From a virus (lineage: Duplodnaviria > Caudoviricetes), in the IMG/VR virus record IMGVR_UViG_3300018080_000224, positions 1 to 53,969 of that record: a stretch of DNA of 53,969 nucleotides; one strand, given 5' to 3'. The position numbers and the translations under genes are program-made. Of this stretch, positions 46,863 through 53,969 are shown one piece after another. Within the stretch, counting starts at the first letter, position 1. Every line of letters starts with the position of its first letter. The notes below the pieces were generated by a model that was not told the origin of the DNA, did not search any database, and saw only the letters and a list, made by a program, of their open reading frames with translations.

Positions 46863-46915
46863 GATATAATACTAAATGTTCCAGCAATTAACGAAGTTTA
46901 AAGAGGGCCGAGTTA

Positions 46916-47050
46916 ACCCTCATAAAAGGCTAAAGCAATCTCCGAAATCCATTGGCGATAATAAATATCCTCATATAAGTAAATCCCAATAGAACTAAGT
47001 CCGCCAAGCCTACTTATAGGATGATTAGATATACCTAAATTAAAAGCCAT
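46916..47050 (-). CDS. portal protein, exon 1 (45 aa)
   Basis: AAGGA SD; MAFNLGISNHPISRLGGLSSIGIYLYEDIYYRQWISEIALAFYEG joins RQDEF to give the portal-type FYEGxQ motif. Confidence 0.9.
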
Positions 47051-47105
47051 AATTTATCCTTTTTCTCTCTAGAAATAGGTTGTCGTCTCTTCCGACATAG
47101 TTTAT

Positions 47106-47134
47106 AAAGTAAGCGGAGGGACTAAGCCCTCCAC
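47106..47134 (-). terminator. hairpin/weak terminator upstream of portal
   Basis: GTGGAGGG-CTTAGT-CCCTCCGC then TTACTTT. Confidence 0.55.
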
Positions 47135-47142
47135 CTAAAAAC

Positions 47143-47283
47143 TTATTTTTTTTGCTTTTGAAGTTCGTGAGGTTTTGGCATTTCTTGAGGTTTTGGTTGT
47201 CCAACCATACCATCTTTACCAAGTTTAGCACCACGACTTTTATAAGCTTCGTCAGAATTAGAAACTTTTCGTTTGTCTGCCAT
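47143..47283 (-). CDS. 46-aa basic protein
   Basis: AAGGAG SD; MADKRKVSNSDEAYKSRGAKLGKDGMVGQPKPQEMPKPHELQKQKK. Confidence 0.7.
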   Translation of the reverse strand: MADKRKVSNSDEAYKSRGAKLGKDGMVGQPKPQEMPKPHELQKQKK

Positions 47284-47294
47284 TGTTATCTCCT

Positions 47295-47555
47295 TTATTT
47301 TTTACCTTTTTTGAAGCTATGAGAATAATCTTTTGGATCAAGAGTTTTTTTAGGAACTCCCAAAAAATCAGTCTGACTACCTCTCAAACTTTTGGCATCT
47401 TCCATTATTGAGCGAACCGCATCTGCAAATTCAGAACCTGCTCCTCTATTTAATGTTCTTGGCATGTGTTGCTGTCGAGCATCTGATGCAGATTTAGGCT
47501 TCGCTTGATCTCCTTGAGACTTTTGGGAAATACCTTTGTGTTTTAAGTCGGACAT
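47295..47555 (-). CDS. small basic protein
   Basis: coupled TAATG; hydrophilic and basic. Confidence 0.6.
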   Translation of the reverse strand: MSDLKHKGISQKSQGDQAKPKSASDARQQHMPRTLNRGAGSEFADAVRSIMEDAKSLRGSQTDFLGVPKKTLDPKDYSHSFKKGKK

Positions 47556-47782
47556 TATTCTAGTCCCCTTTCAATTAACCAATTAATAGCAAAAACGTTT
47601 AAGCTATTAAGTCTTTCCAGAGGTGTCATCCTTTTATATTTTGGGCTTTCATTGGCTCCTTTGAATTCCTCATACAAAGCCGCATACAGACCATTATATA
47701 CTTCAGTTGTCCTAGCCTCTGGTTTTAACTGTGTCTTGTCGATACAAAACATCCTACTTTTTCGTTTAATAATTTGTTTCAT
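47555..47782 (-). CDS. hypothetical protein
   Basis: coupled to neighbours. Confidence 0.6.
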   Translation of the reverse strand: MKQIIKRKSRMFCIDKTQLKPEARTTEVYNGLYAALYEEFKGANESPKYKRMTPLERLNSLNVFAINWLIERGLE

Positions 47783-48093
47783 TATCTTGTAGCAATAGAT
47801 AATTTTCCAGAACCACTAGTTCTAGTTACTTTAATCGCCAAAACATTATGCGAGCTATAGCTAGTTAGTGCGTTAGCTGCAAACGCAGTAGAATCTTTCC
47901 AATCTACTCCGTTTATAGAAAATTCAACGTTACCAGCTAAAGTGTCGTTGGACTGAAAAGATACTTTTGAAGCCGACGAGCCTAGACTTATTATTTGCTC
48001 TGTAGTAACAGCATCTAATACTTCAGTAGAAAACTGACTACCTACGCTGACTTTTTGTGTCTTTTTAGCCAACTGTTCTCTTGTAAACGCCAT
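47782..48093 (-). CDS. small beta-sandwich protein (possible decoration)
   Basis: ATG 48093 just after TerL stop; VEFSINGVDW motif. Confidence 0.6.
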   Translation of the reverse strand: MAFTREQLAKKTQKVSVGSQFSTEVLDAVTTEQIISLGSSASKVSFQSNDTLAGNVEFSINGVDWKDSTAFAANALTSYSSHNVLAIKVTRTSGSGKLSIATR

Positions 48094-48094
48094 A

Positions 48095-50908
48095 TTAAAA
48101 CCCTTTAAATGTTGCAAAAAATTGATTTCTGTCGTGAAATATGTAAACCATTAAATATCTAATAGCATCAATTAAACCTTCATATCCCTCTGGTGTTTCT
48201 TCGTAATCTTCTTTAAGTCCGCCATTTTTTGTTCTTTTGAATCTAGCAGAACTTAAGGCATAGATAGTATTAACGCAATTCTTAGAAACAAAAAACTTAG
48301 GTAAAGTTTCTTGTTCGCCATCAGAGTTTAATTTCGGTTTACCTCTTTCATCAAATTGTGGAAACTGCATCCACAATCTAATCATATTTCCACCTGTTTC
48401 TCTGTCTTGTTTAAGACCCACAGGACTTCTATTTAAAACTTCCTTAAAATCGTCCCAAGCAGCTCTTCCATTTAACTGCCTCTGTTTTCCTGAAATATCA
48501 GCCACAATTTCTGTAAATTTTATGTGATGCCTATATTTCATTTCCTGGCATTGATCTTGCCAAATTTTAAGAGCTGTCCTACTTAATTCTCCCTCTTTAT
48601 CTGCTATCTGCTGAGCTTGCATATATGATGTTGTAGTTTGTGTGAATCTCTCATCAAAAATGATAATATCTTCATTTGAGTTTATTTGTGCAAATATTGT
48701 AGATGCTGGTCTAGCAAAGTTATGATCACATGCTGCGTACACTGGCCCGTTGTCTGGGTGCCAAATATAATCTATTACATTTGGATATAAATTAAGATCT
48801 GTTTTCTTTTCTATAAATCCAGGAAAACAAGAATCAGCAATTGATTCGAAATCAGCTAAATATTCTTGCTTAAACTTTTGAGCTTTACCAGATAATACTG
48901 CTCTTCTATAAGCAGAATCAATTTCTTCCTTTGATTTGTCTGGACTAGAAGCTAATAGTGGATTATCGTAACTAGTTTTTTGAAAAGAACTCCATTCCCT
49001 ACTATCGTTAGTAGTTCCTGTTTCTTCATTAAAAATTATTTGTTCGCTGCCACTTCTTTGAGATTTACCAAGTTGTCCAAATAAAAATAATTTATAAAAA
49101 GTGTTTTTACCACGAGGAGTACTAATAAAAATTGCACTACCTTCTTTATCCATCAGTGTTGGCTGAAGCATTTGAGTCCATATGTCGTCTAACTTAGGCT
49201 CAAGAGCAGCTTCATCAACAATTACTAAATCATTTGCTTCTCCAGCTAACGAATCTGGGTTCTCCATAGATTTGGCTTCTAAAACTGAACCCCAAGGTGT
49301 TTCTAAATAATAATCACCTTTTTGGTTCCTAGCTCTTCCGCCTCCAGGTTTTCCTGGTTTAATTATCCTTAGCTGAGTTACTAATATACTATAAAGTTCT
49401 CTAAATACCTTTTCGCATAGTCCGTAGTCAGGAGCAACTATCCATACTCGCCTATTCATTTGCATCAATACGGCTAGAGCTGCCAACACAACTAAAAAAG
49501 TATTATGTTCTAAACAATCACTTATGTAATTATGATATATAGGAACAGATAACCCAGCAGTTGCTTTTTCTCCAACAAACTCAATAGAAACTATTTCATC
49601 CCAATATCCAGGAATATTTATAATTTTTCGTTCTTCTTTAAATTGCTCAGGAAATTTATCACAATAAAATAAAAGTTTATTCCGACCAGCCGCTCGATCA
49701 GGCCTTACTCTACCTACTAAAGTTTTCTCTTGTTCTCGATAAGAAATTAAACTCTTTAGTTTATTTGCAAACTCATAACAAAATTCTTTAGGTATAGTAT
49801 TAAGTTGAGAATTAAAACTACCTTTAGTATGAGTTAAAACTTCATCAAATTTATCTTCTTTACCTAGTATACCTACTAATTCTACAAATTTTCTTATTTC
49901 TAAATAATTATGTATTTTTAACTGGTAAGCTACATTACCTCTCCAACGTCCTAATTTTAGGATTTTAGTTTCAAAATTACTGACAATTCCCAATCTAGCT
50001 AGTAATCTTTTAACTCCTTGAGTCAATTTAAAAGAAACAGAGCAATATCCTATTTCGTTATTAGAAACCCAACCGTCTGTAGCAAACAGTCTATTTAAAA
50101 ATAGTGCTATTTGGTCATTTGGCGCAGTATAAATATAATTAGGTATAAATTTTGTATGAGAACTTGTACCGGCTAGTCCAGTATCTTCAATAACCTGATA
50201 TATAGAATTATTTATATGTAGATGATAATCTTTTGCTTTATTATTTTCTTGCTGAGTTATTCTATAAGTTCCATCAAGTAATTCTATAAATCTTTTTTCT
50301 ATAATTGGATTAGCTACGGAAAATGAGTAATACTTTTGAGTTAGACACCCATCGCCTAATAAAAGTCCTAAAAGTTCTATATATTTTGAGTTTTTCCTGT
50401 CTTTGCCCCTATGTGGGAGTTGATTAGGAACCAGAACTCTCATTCCAGATTTTAACTCTTCTATGGATTTCCACCCAAAAGAAGTAAATAGTGGATGATT
50501 AGCAGTTCGTAATAATTCCAATCCATACTTAGTTTTTACCTTATATACAGGTTTTATGTTGTTATCTACACAAGTTGCTTTAGTTCTAATTAATTTAAAA
50601 TTTTCATCAACTGAATTAACATAAAATTCTTTTCCTATTAGATTCCCATAAGTTTCTACTGACCCATCAGCTAAAATTAACTCCTCATCTATACATCCGC
50701 ATTTACCAAAACGTCGACCACAAGCTAAAACCTTGAATCTAGCATCATCATTGAGTATATCTATGTGAGCATCATGAAGAGGTTGTATTGTTTTACCTTG
50801 AGTTGTTCTTATATTTTTTTCATTAAGATAATTAGCTAATTCTCGTATATTTAGGTCGTGTATTCTTAGTGGTTTACCTTCTGTATTATTCGTCTTCATC
50901 TTTTCCAT
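48095..50908 (-). CDS. terL: terminase large subunit containing an intein
   Basis: Walker A ACGRRFGK/T, Walker B VIVDEAA, ISTPRG, QEYLADF, nuclease DAIRY. Confidence 0.95.
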   Translation of the reverse strand: MEKMKTNNTEGKPLRIHDLNIRELANYLNEKNIRTTQGKTIQPLHDAHIDILNDDARFKVLACGRRFGKCGCIDEELILADGSVETYGNLIGKEFYVNSVDENFKLIRTKATCVDNNIKPVYKVKTKYGLELLRTANHPLFTSFGWKSIEELKSGMRVLVPNQLPHRGKDRKNSKYIELLGLLLGDGCLTQKYYSFSVANPIIEKRFIELLDGTYRITQQENNKAKDYHLHINNSIYQVIEDTGLAGTSSHTKFIPNYIYTAPNDQIALFLNRLFATDGWVSNNEIGYCSVSFKLTQGVKRLLARLGIVSNFETKILKLGRWRGNVAYQLKIHNYLEIRKFVELVGILGKEDKFDEVLTHTKGSFNSQLNTIPKEFCYEFANKLKSLISYREQEKTLVGRVRPDRAAGRNKLLFYCDKFPEQFKEERKIINIPGYWDEIVSIEFVGEKATAGLSVPIYHNYISDCLEHNTFLVVLAALAVLMQMNRRVWIVAPDYGLCEKVFRELYSILVTQLRIIKPGKPGGGRARNQKGDYYLETPWGSVLEAKSMENPDSLAGEANDLVIVDEAALEPKLDDIWTQMLQPTLMDKEGSAIFISTPRGKNTFYKLFLFGQLGKSQRSGSEQIIFNEETGTTNDSREWSSFQKTSYDNPLLASSPDKSKEEIDSAYRRAVLSGKAQKFKQEYLADFESIADSCFPGFIEKKTDLNLYPNVIDYIWHPDNGPVYAACDHNFARPASTIFAQINSNEDIIIFDERFTQTTTSYMQAQQIADKEGELSRTALKIWQDQCQEMKYRHHIKFTEIVADISGKQRQLNGRAAWDDFKEVLNRSPVGLKQDRETGGNMIRLWMQFPQFDERGKPKLNSDGEQETLPKFFVSKNCVNTIYALSSARFKRTKNGGLKEDYEETPEGYEGLIDAIRYLMVYIFHDRNQFFATFKGF
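49502..50701 (-). mobile_element. 400-aa intein with LAGLIDADG endonuclease
   Basis: starts with Cys after GRRFGK; block B TANHP; LGLLLGDG and LFATDG motifs; ends HN followed by Thr. Confidence 0.93.
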
Positions 50909-51437
50909 GTAAAACCTTGTTTATTTCTCTAAACTTCTCAAGGGTTCCGTCTGTGAAATCGACTTTATCAGTATAATCTCCACTAAGAGTGAGCCAAATC
51001 TTTGCAGCAGAAGTATCTCTTTCTACTCCTCTTTTATGCAAAGCATTAATCATTTCCATTCTATTCTCATGAGTAAAAAGTCCAGTTTCCTGAATCTTTT
51101 TCCAAATGGCTTCTCCCCATCCATCTTTTTTCATCCATGCTCTAATAGAAGCTACTTTAGGTATGCTTTCTAGCAGTAATTTTTGTAGTTCTTCTTCTAA
51201 TTTGTATCTTTTCTTTATTTCAAGCTCTAATTCTCTTATTAGCTGCGGTACTCTGGGTAGGACTTCTGGATTAGCTATGGTGTGCGACGCTATGATTTCT
51301 TGTAGAGTTTCTTGGACTAAATCCCATTCTGCGTTCCCACTAAGCTGTTTTACTGCTCTACGTGCTTCTAATTTAATAACAGCATTCTTAGAAGCTTCTT
51401 TATTAACTTTGGTTTTAGTGGAATCTTTATCAGACAT
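50886..51437 (-). CDS. probable terminase small subunit
   Basis: helical protein immediately upstream of and overlapping terL; AAKIWLTLSG motif. Confidence 0.6.
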   Translation of the reverse strand: MSDKDSTKTKVNKEASKNAVIKLEARRAVKQLSGNAEWDLVQETLQEIIASHTIANPEVLPRVPQLIRELELEIKKRYKLEEELQKLLLESIPKVASIRAWMKKDGWGEAIWKKIQETGLFTHENRMEMINALHKRGVERDTSAAKIWLTLSGDYTDKVDFTDGTLEKFREINKVLHGKDEDE

Positions 51438-51751
51438 TACTTTTTCTTATTTTTTTTAGATTTCTTTTTAGATTCGCATTTTTCGGAACATTCTTCTGGA
51501 CAGTCGTCGTCACACTCTTCGCATTTCTCTTCAATTTCAACAGGTTTAGATGCTACTGGTTTCTCTACTAAAAGTTTATCTGGACTTTGTAAAAAACTTG
51601 TTTTGCACTTTTTGCCCATACACTTTTTAGGCTTTAAATCAGCCCATGAAGCTAGTATAGATGTCTGCCAGCCGCAATCTTTACATTTATAAACTATCCT
51701 TTGATTTTCTTTTATTCCGTATTTATAGCTTTTATCAGCCAAATTCTTCAT
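51437..51751 (-). CDS. zinc-ribbon protein, first gene of late operon
   Basis: CKDC...CMGKKC; Cys/Glu-rich then Lys-rich tail; GAGGAG SD. Confidence 0.7.
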   Translation of the reverse strand: MKNLADKSYKYGIKENQRIVYKCKDCGWQTSILASWADLKPKKCMGKKCKTSFLQSPDKLLVEKPVASKPVEIEEKCEECDDDCPEECSEKCESKKKSKKNKKK

Positions 51752-51763
51752 AAATCTCCTCGT

Positions 51764-51810
51764 AAGAAAAAGAAAAGGGAGGCTCCAAAATGGGTCGAGG
51801 AGCCTCCCTT
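51764..51810 (-). terminator. intrinsic terminator directly before late operon
   Basis: AAGGGAGGCTCC-12 nt-GGAGCCTCCCTT followed by TTCTTTTTCTT. Confidence 0.85.
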
Positions 51811-52002
51811 CAGAGGGTACTTTTAGGGAAAAGTATAACCATTATTAGTTTAAGCCTTACAGCTTCTTCTAATAATTGATCGGGACGCCGTATAAATATC
51901 TTAATTTTCCTATCCCGAAATTGAAATAATTAAGATATCCATAGGAAACTTGCTAGAGAAACTACATAAATCCTTTGTAGTAGGGTAGGAATTATTGTCA
52001 AT

Positions 52003-52293
52003 CTAACAAACGAAACCGTGAATACTGTCTTCAGGCATAATGCCCGTTAACATTGTATTCGGATCAAATACTGTCGCTAGTTGCCCGTGAGAGATTCTGT
52101 ACAGAAGTTTTAACTTCTTTCTAACACACTGTTTTTTAATAATATTAAGTTCTTGTGGTGTTGCGTAGTCTCCATCAGCATCAGGCAAGGCAACTACCTG
52201 TATTTTCCGAGTTTTTGCCACTGTTTCGTAAAAAAGCACCTCAAATTCTATATCTTGTTTGAGGCTCTTTAAATCTTTATATTTAGTAGTCAT
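52003..52293 (-). CDS. hypothetical protein
   Basis: GGGGG SD-like; downstream of a promoter-like site. Confidence 0.6.
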   Translation of the reverse strand: MTTKYKDLKSLKQDIEFEVLFYETVAKTRKIQVVALPDADGDYATPQELNIIKKQCVRKKLKLLYRISHGQLATVFDPNTMLTGIMPEDSIHGFVC

Positions 52294-52306
52294 CGTTCGC
52301 CCCCAC

Positions 52307-52350
52307 TTGACAAAAAACCCTCATAATATATTATGTATATCCTAAGTCAA
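52307..52350. promoter_or_regulatory. symmetric overlapping promoter pair / operator
   Basis: TTGACA-16-TATTAT on + and TTGACT-16-TATTAT on -, centred on palindrome CATAATATATTATG. Confidence 0.55.
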
Positions 52351-52397
52351 CTTTTTTCTACTAATTTTTATTGATTTTTTTATAAAAAGATTGGATT

Positions 52398-52679
52398 TTA
52401 TTCTTTGTAGAGAATTTCCCACCATTCATCTGTACTAATTTCTGAAAATTTTGAAAGAAAATTATAACTAAGATCTATACGAATTCCTGTTTCTAAATCA
52501 CTTAATTGATCTATAGGTTTTCCGTTCTTTACTTTTCGGTGGAATAAAAGCACTACTTCATATCCGTCAGGGTCTAAATTCTTTCTTCTAATCAATACTT
52601 TACACACTTTTACTATAGCTTCCTCGCTTGGAGTCCTAATATGCACTAAATCTCCAACTATATAAGGTCTATTAGCCAT
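52398..52679 (-). CDS. small SH3/KOW-like protein with WxxILY tail
   Basis: YIVGDLV...WWEILYKE. Confidence 0.7.
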   Translation of the reverse strand: MANRPYIVGDLVHIRTPSEEAIVKVCKVLIRRKNLDPDGYEVVLLFHRKVKNGKPIDQLSDLETGIRIDLSYNFLSKFSEISTDEWWEILYKE

Positions 52680-52926
52680 ATAAAATGTCCCAAAACTCTG
52701 TTTTTGTTAGCTTTTTTACACTATGGTCGTTGAAATAACCTTTGGAATACAGCATGTCAGTAGAAATATTAACATGTTCATAGTCTAATTCTCTGGGACA
52801 ATACACAATTTTAGTATAAAAACTATCATATTTATTAGTACTATAGTTAAGTAGCTTTAATATTACATGAAATTTATGTTTTTCTGACACAACCTCAACA
52901 TAATCGCCTGGTTTAAATTTAGTCAT
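52672..52926 (-). CDS. small SH3/KOW-like protein with WxxILY tail
   Basis: FKPGDYV...FWDILYG. Confidence 0.7.
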   Translation of the reverse strand: MTKFKPGDYVEVVSEKHKFHVILKLLNYSTNKYDSFYTKIVYCPRELDYEHVNISTDMLYSKGYFNDHSVKKLTKTEFWDILYG

Positions 52927-53206
52927 ACAGTAATTTTGTCCAATCCCTTTTGTCTTTACTTAACACATCAATTTCACTGTGGTTACTTAAATTATCAAAA
53001 CTTAGGAATGCTAACCTATCATCTGCAATATCATTTTCTATAAAAAATCCTTTATTTACGAGTATTTTAGCCTTAAAATAAGGATTAATTGCCCATTCTG
53101 GCTCAAAACTATAAGTTTCTGTGCCTACTACTTCAACAATTGCCCACGAGGACAAAGTCAGCGTCGAATCTAAACGAATGTAATTGCCGTCTCTAAACCA
53201 ATTCAT
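52919..53206 (-). CDS. small protein with WxxLLY tail, probably leaderless
   Basis: FRDGNYI...WTKLLYD; ATG 53206 sits at the predicted +1. Confidence 0.65.
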   Translation of the reverse strand: MNWFRDGNYIRLDSTLTLSSWAIVEVVGTETYSFEPEWAINPYFKAKILVNKGFFIENDIADDRLAFLSFDNLSNHSEIDVLSKDKRDWTKLLYD

Positions 53207-53212
53207 ACTATA

Positions 53213-53241
53213 AGTATACACTATTTATATTTAAATGTCAA
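53213..53241 (-). promoter_or_regulatory. sigma70-type promoter
   Basis: TTGACA-17 nt-TATACT. Confidence 0.75.
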
Positions 53242-53340
53242 GCTTTAAAAAAAATCGCCCAGGATAGCTTCTGAACTAACTGCGAAGCCCTAGGCCTGCT
53301 TCGCAAGCCCAGAGGCCGGCACAGGGCCAATAAATGGAAA

Positions 53341-53559
53341 TTAAGGGGTATTGTATTCTCGTCCGTAAAGTATTTGTGCCCATGTGGAAACCTCCTTCAA
53401 CTTCCCAATGGCCTTTGAGCACATCCCTATATCACTTTTACTTTTAATAGTAATAAATTCATAAGGAAAAGCACCTCTTTTATTAAATTTTCTATATATC
53501 ATAACTATTCCCAATTCGTCCTTATAAACCCTACCTATCTTTAACTCTTTAATTTCCAT
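53341..53559 (-). CDS. small protein with WxxILYG motif
   Basis: LKIGRVY...WAQILYGREYNTP. Confidence 0.65.
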   Translation of the reverse strand: MEIKELKIGRVYKDELGIVMIYRKFNKRGAFPYEFITIKSKSDIGMCSKAIGKLKEVSTWAQILYGREYNTP

Positions 53560-53785
53560 AAAGAATTTCAGCCCACTCCTTATCTTTTCCTACATAGATT
53601 CCATAACTATCTATAAAATGACAATCAATATCTGCAGTTCTACCAACCATAGAACTTAGACAATACGTTTCCTCTGTTGAAAACCAAGCATTTTCAGTAG
53701 TAATACCACTACCTATAATCCTAACTAAATAATTACTAGAATCCCAACTAATATAAATAATATCACCACTCTTAAACTTAGCCAT
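53549..53785 (-). CDS. small SH3/KOW-like protein with WxxILYG tail
   Basis: GGAGG SD before ATG 53785; FKSGDII...WAEILYGN. Confidence 0.7.
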   Translation of the reverse strand: MAKFKSGDIIYISWDSSNYLVRIIGSGITTENAWFSTEETYCLSSMVGRTADIDCHFIDSYGIYVGKDKEWAEILYGN

Positions 53786-53936
53786 GCAGTAGCCTCCACA
53801 TCTCGGCTTCCTCACTTTTAGGGTCTAACTGTATAATTTGCTCACACCTCAAAGCACCAGAATCATAACTATTACAACTAGTTATTATTACTATTACTAC
53901 ATCTTTGTGTATTTCGATTATTATTGTCTTATCCAA
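53778..53936 (-). CDS. 52-aa protein ending WRLLHG
   Basis: TTG start after AAGGA; MDKTIIIEIHKDVV...EEAEMWRLLHG; not in ORF track. Confidence 0.55.
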   Translation of the reverse strand: MDKTIIIEIHKDVVIVIITSCNSYDSGALRCEQIIQLDPKSEEAEMWRLLHG

Positions 53937-53967
53937 AGTATAGTATCCTTGCTAGTTCTTGGTCTTC
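53929..53967 (-). CDS. C-terminal fragment of a gene ending LARILYFG (truncated by window edge)
   Basis: EDQELARILYFG-stop, same tail motif as downstream genes. Confidence 0.45.
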   Translation of the reverse strand, partial: EDQELARILYFG

Positions 53968-53969
53968 TA

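Larger units (their letters stand above)
45999..46915 (-). ncRNA. group I self-splicing intron (917 nt) in portal gene
   Basis: P1 GAGGGU/GCCCUC with U.G at the splice site; P AAUUGCUGGAA; Q AAUCAGCAG; R UCAGAGACUA; S AAGAUAUAGUCC; P3 UAAACUU/AAGUUUA; terminal G; removal restores frame. Confidence 0.95.

Noticed and set aside
47040-47234. 64-aa - strand ORF
   Set aside because: It overlaps a better ORF (47143-47283, strong SD) in another frame and runs through a hairpin.
51752-52002. Known self-cleaving ribozyme or riboswitch in the late leader
   Set aside because: I could not match hammerhead, pistol or common riboswitch consensus cores by eye, so it is kept only as an unclassified structured leader.
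1-53969. CRISPR array, tRNA genes, DGR or retron
   Set aside because: I saw no regularly spaced repeats, cloverleaf, reverse transcriptase or TR/VR pair by eye; a tRNAscan/repeat search would be needed to exclude them fully.
1-53969. Stop-codon reassignment
   Set aside because: Long genes are intact in code 11, and TAA, TAG and TGA all end genes; the only breaks are explained by the intron and the frameshift.

Overview
This is a 54-kb segment of an AT-rich tailed bacteriophage (myovirus-type contractile tail, standard genetic code). Positions 1-6.5 kb are small + strand accessory genes: Holliday-junction-resolvase-like nuclease, dNMP kinase, subtilisin-like protease, a lipoprotein and Zn-ribbon proteins. 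They converge at ~6.5-6.8 kb with a ~45-kb - strand morphogenesis operon. In transcription order this runs: small terminase, large terminase, portal, scaffold, major capsid, decoration proteins, patatin phospholipase, holin-like genes, neck, HNH, tail terminator, sheath, three tube paralogs, chaperone, tape measure, baseplate, fibres, M15 endolysin. Several features are missing from or mis-called by the ORF track: (1) a complete group I intron splitting the portal gene, with an internal consensus sigma70 promoter and a LAGLIDADG gene; (2) a 400-aa LAGLIDADG intein in the terminase Walker A motif; (3) a -1 frameshift extending the tail chaperone; (4) two probable AUU-initiated genes; (5) a ~250-nt structured leader ending in a terminator directly before the first late gene; (6) a run of at least 7 short genes, plus 2 on the other arm, sharing a C-terminal W-x-x-[IL]-L-Y-G-like tag whose codons often contain the next gene's start; (7) one short beta-rich module repeated across several unrelated virion proteins. 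The tail gene set resembles extracellular contractile injection systems. Family assignments come from motif recognition and synteny only; no searches were run and the host is not determined.
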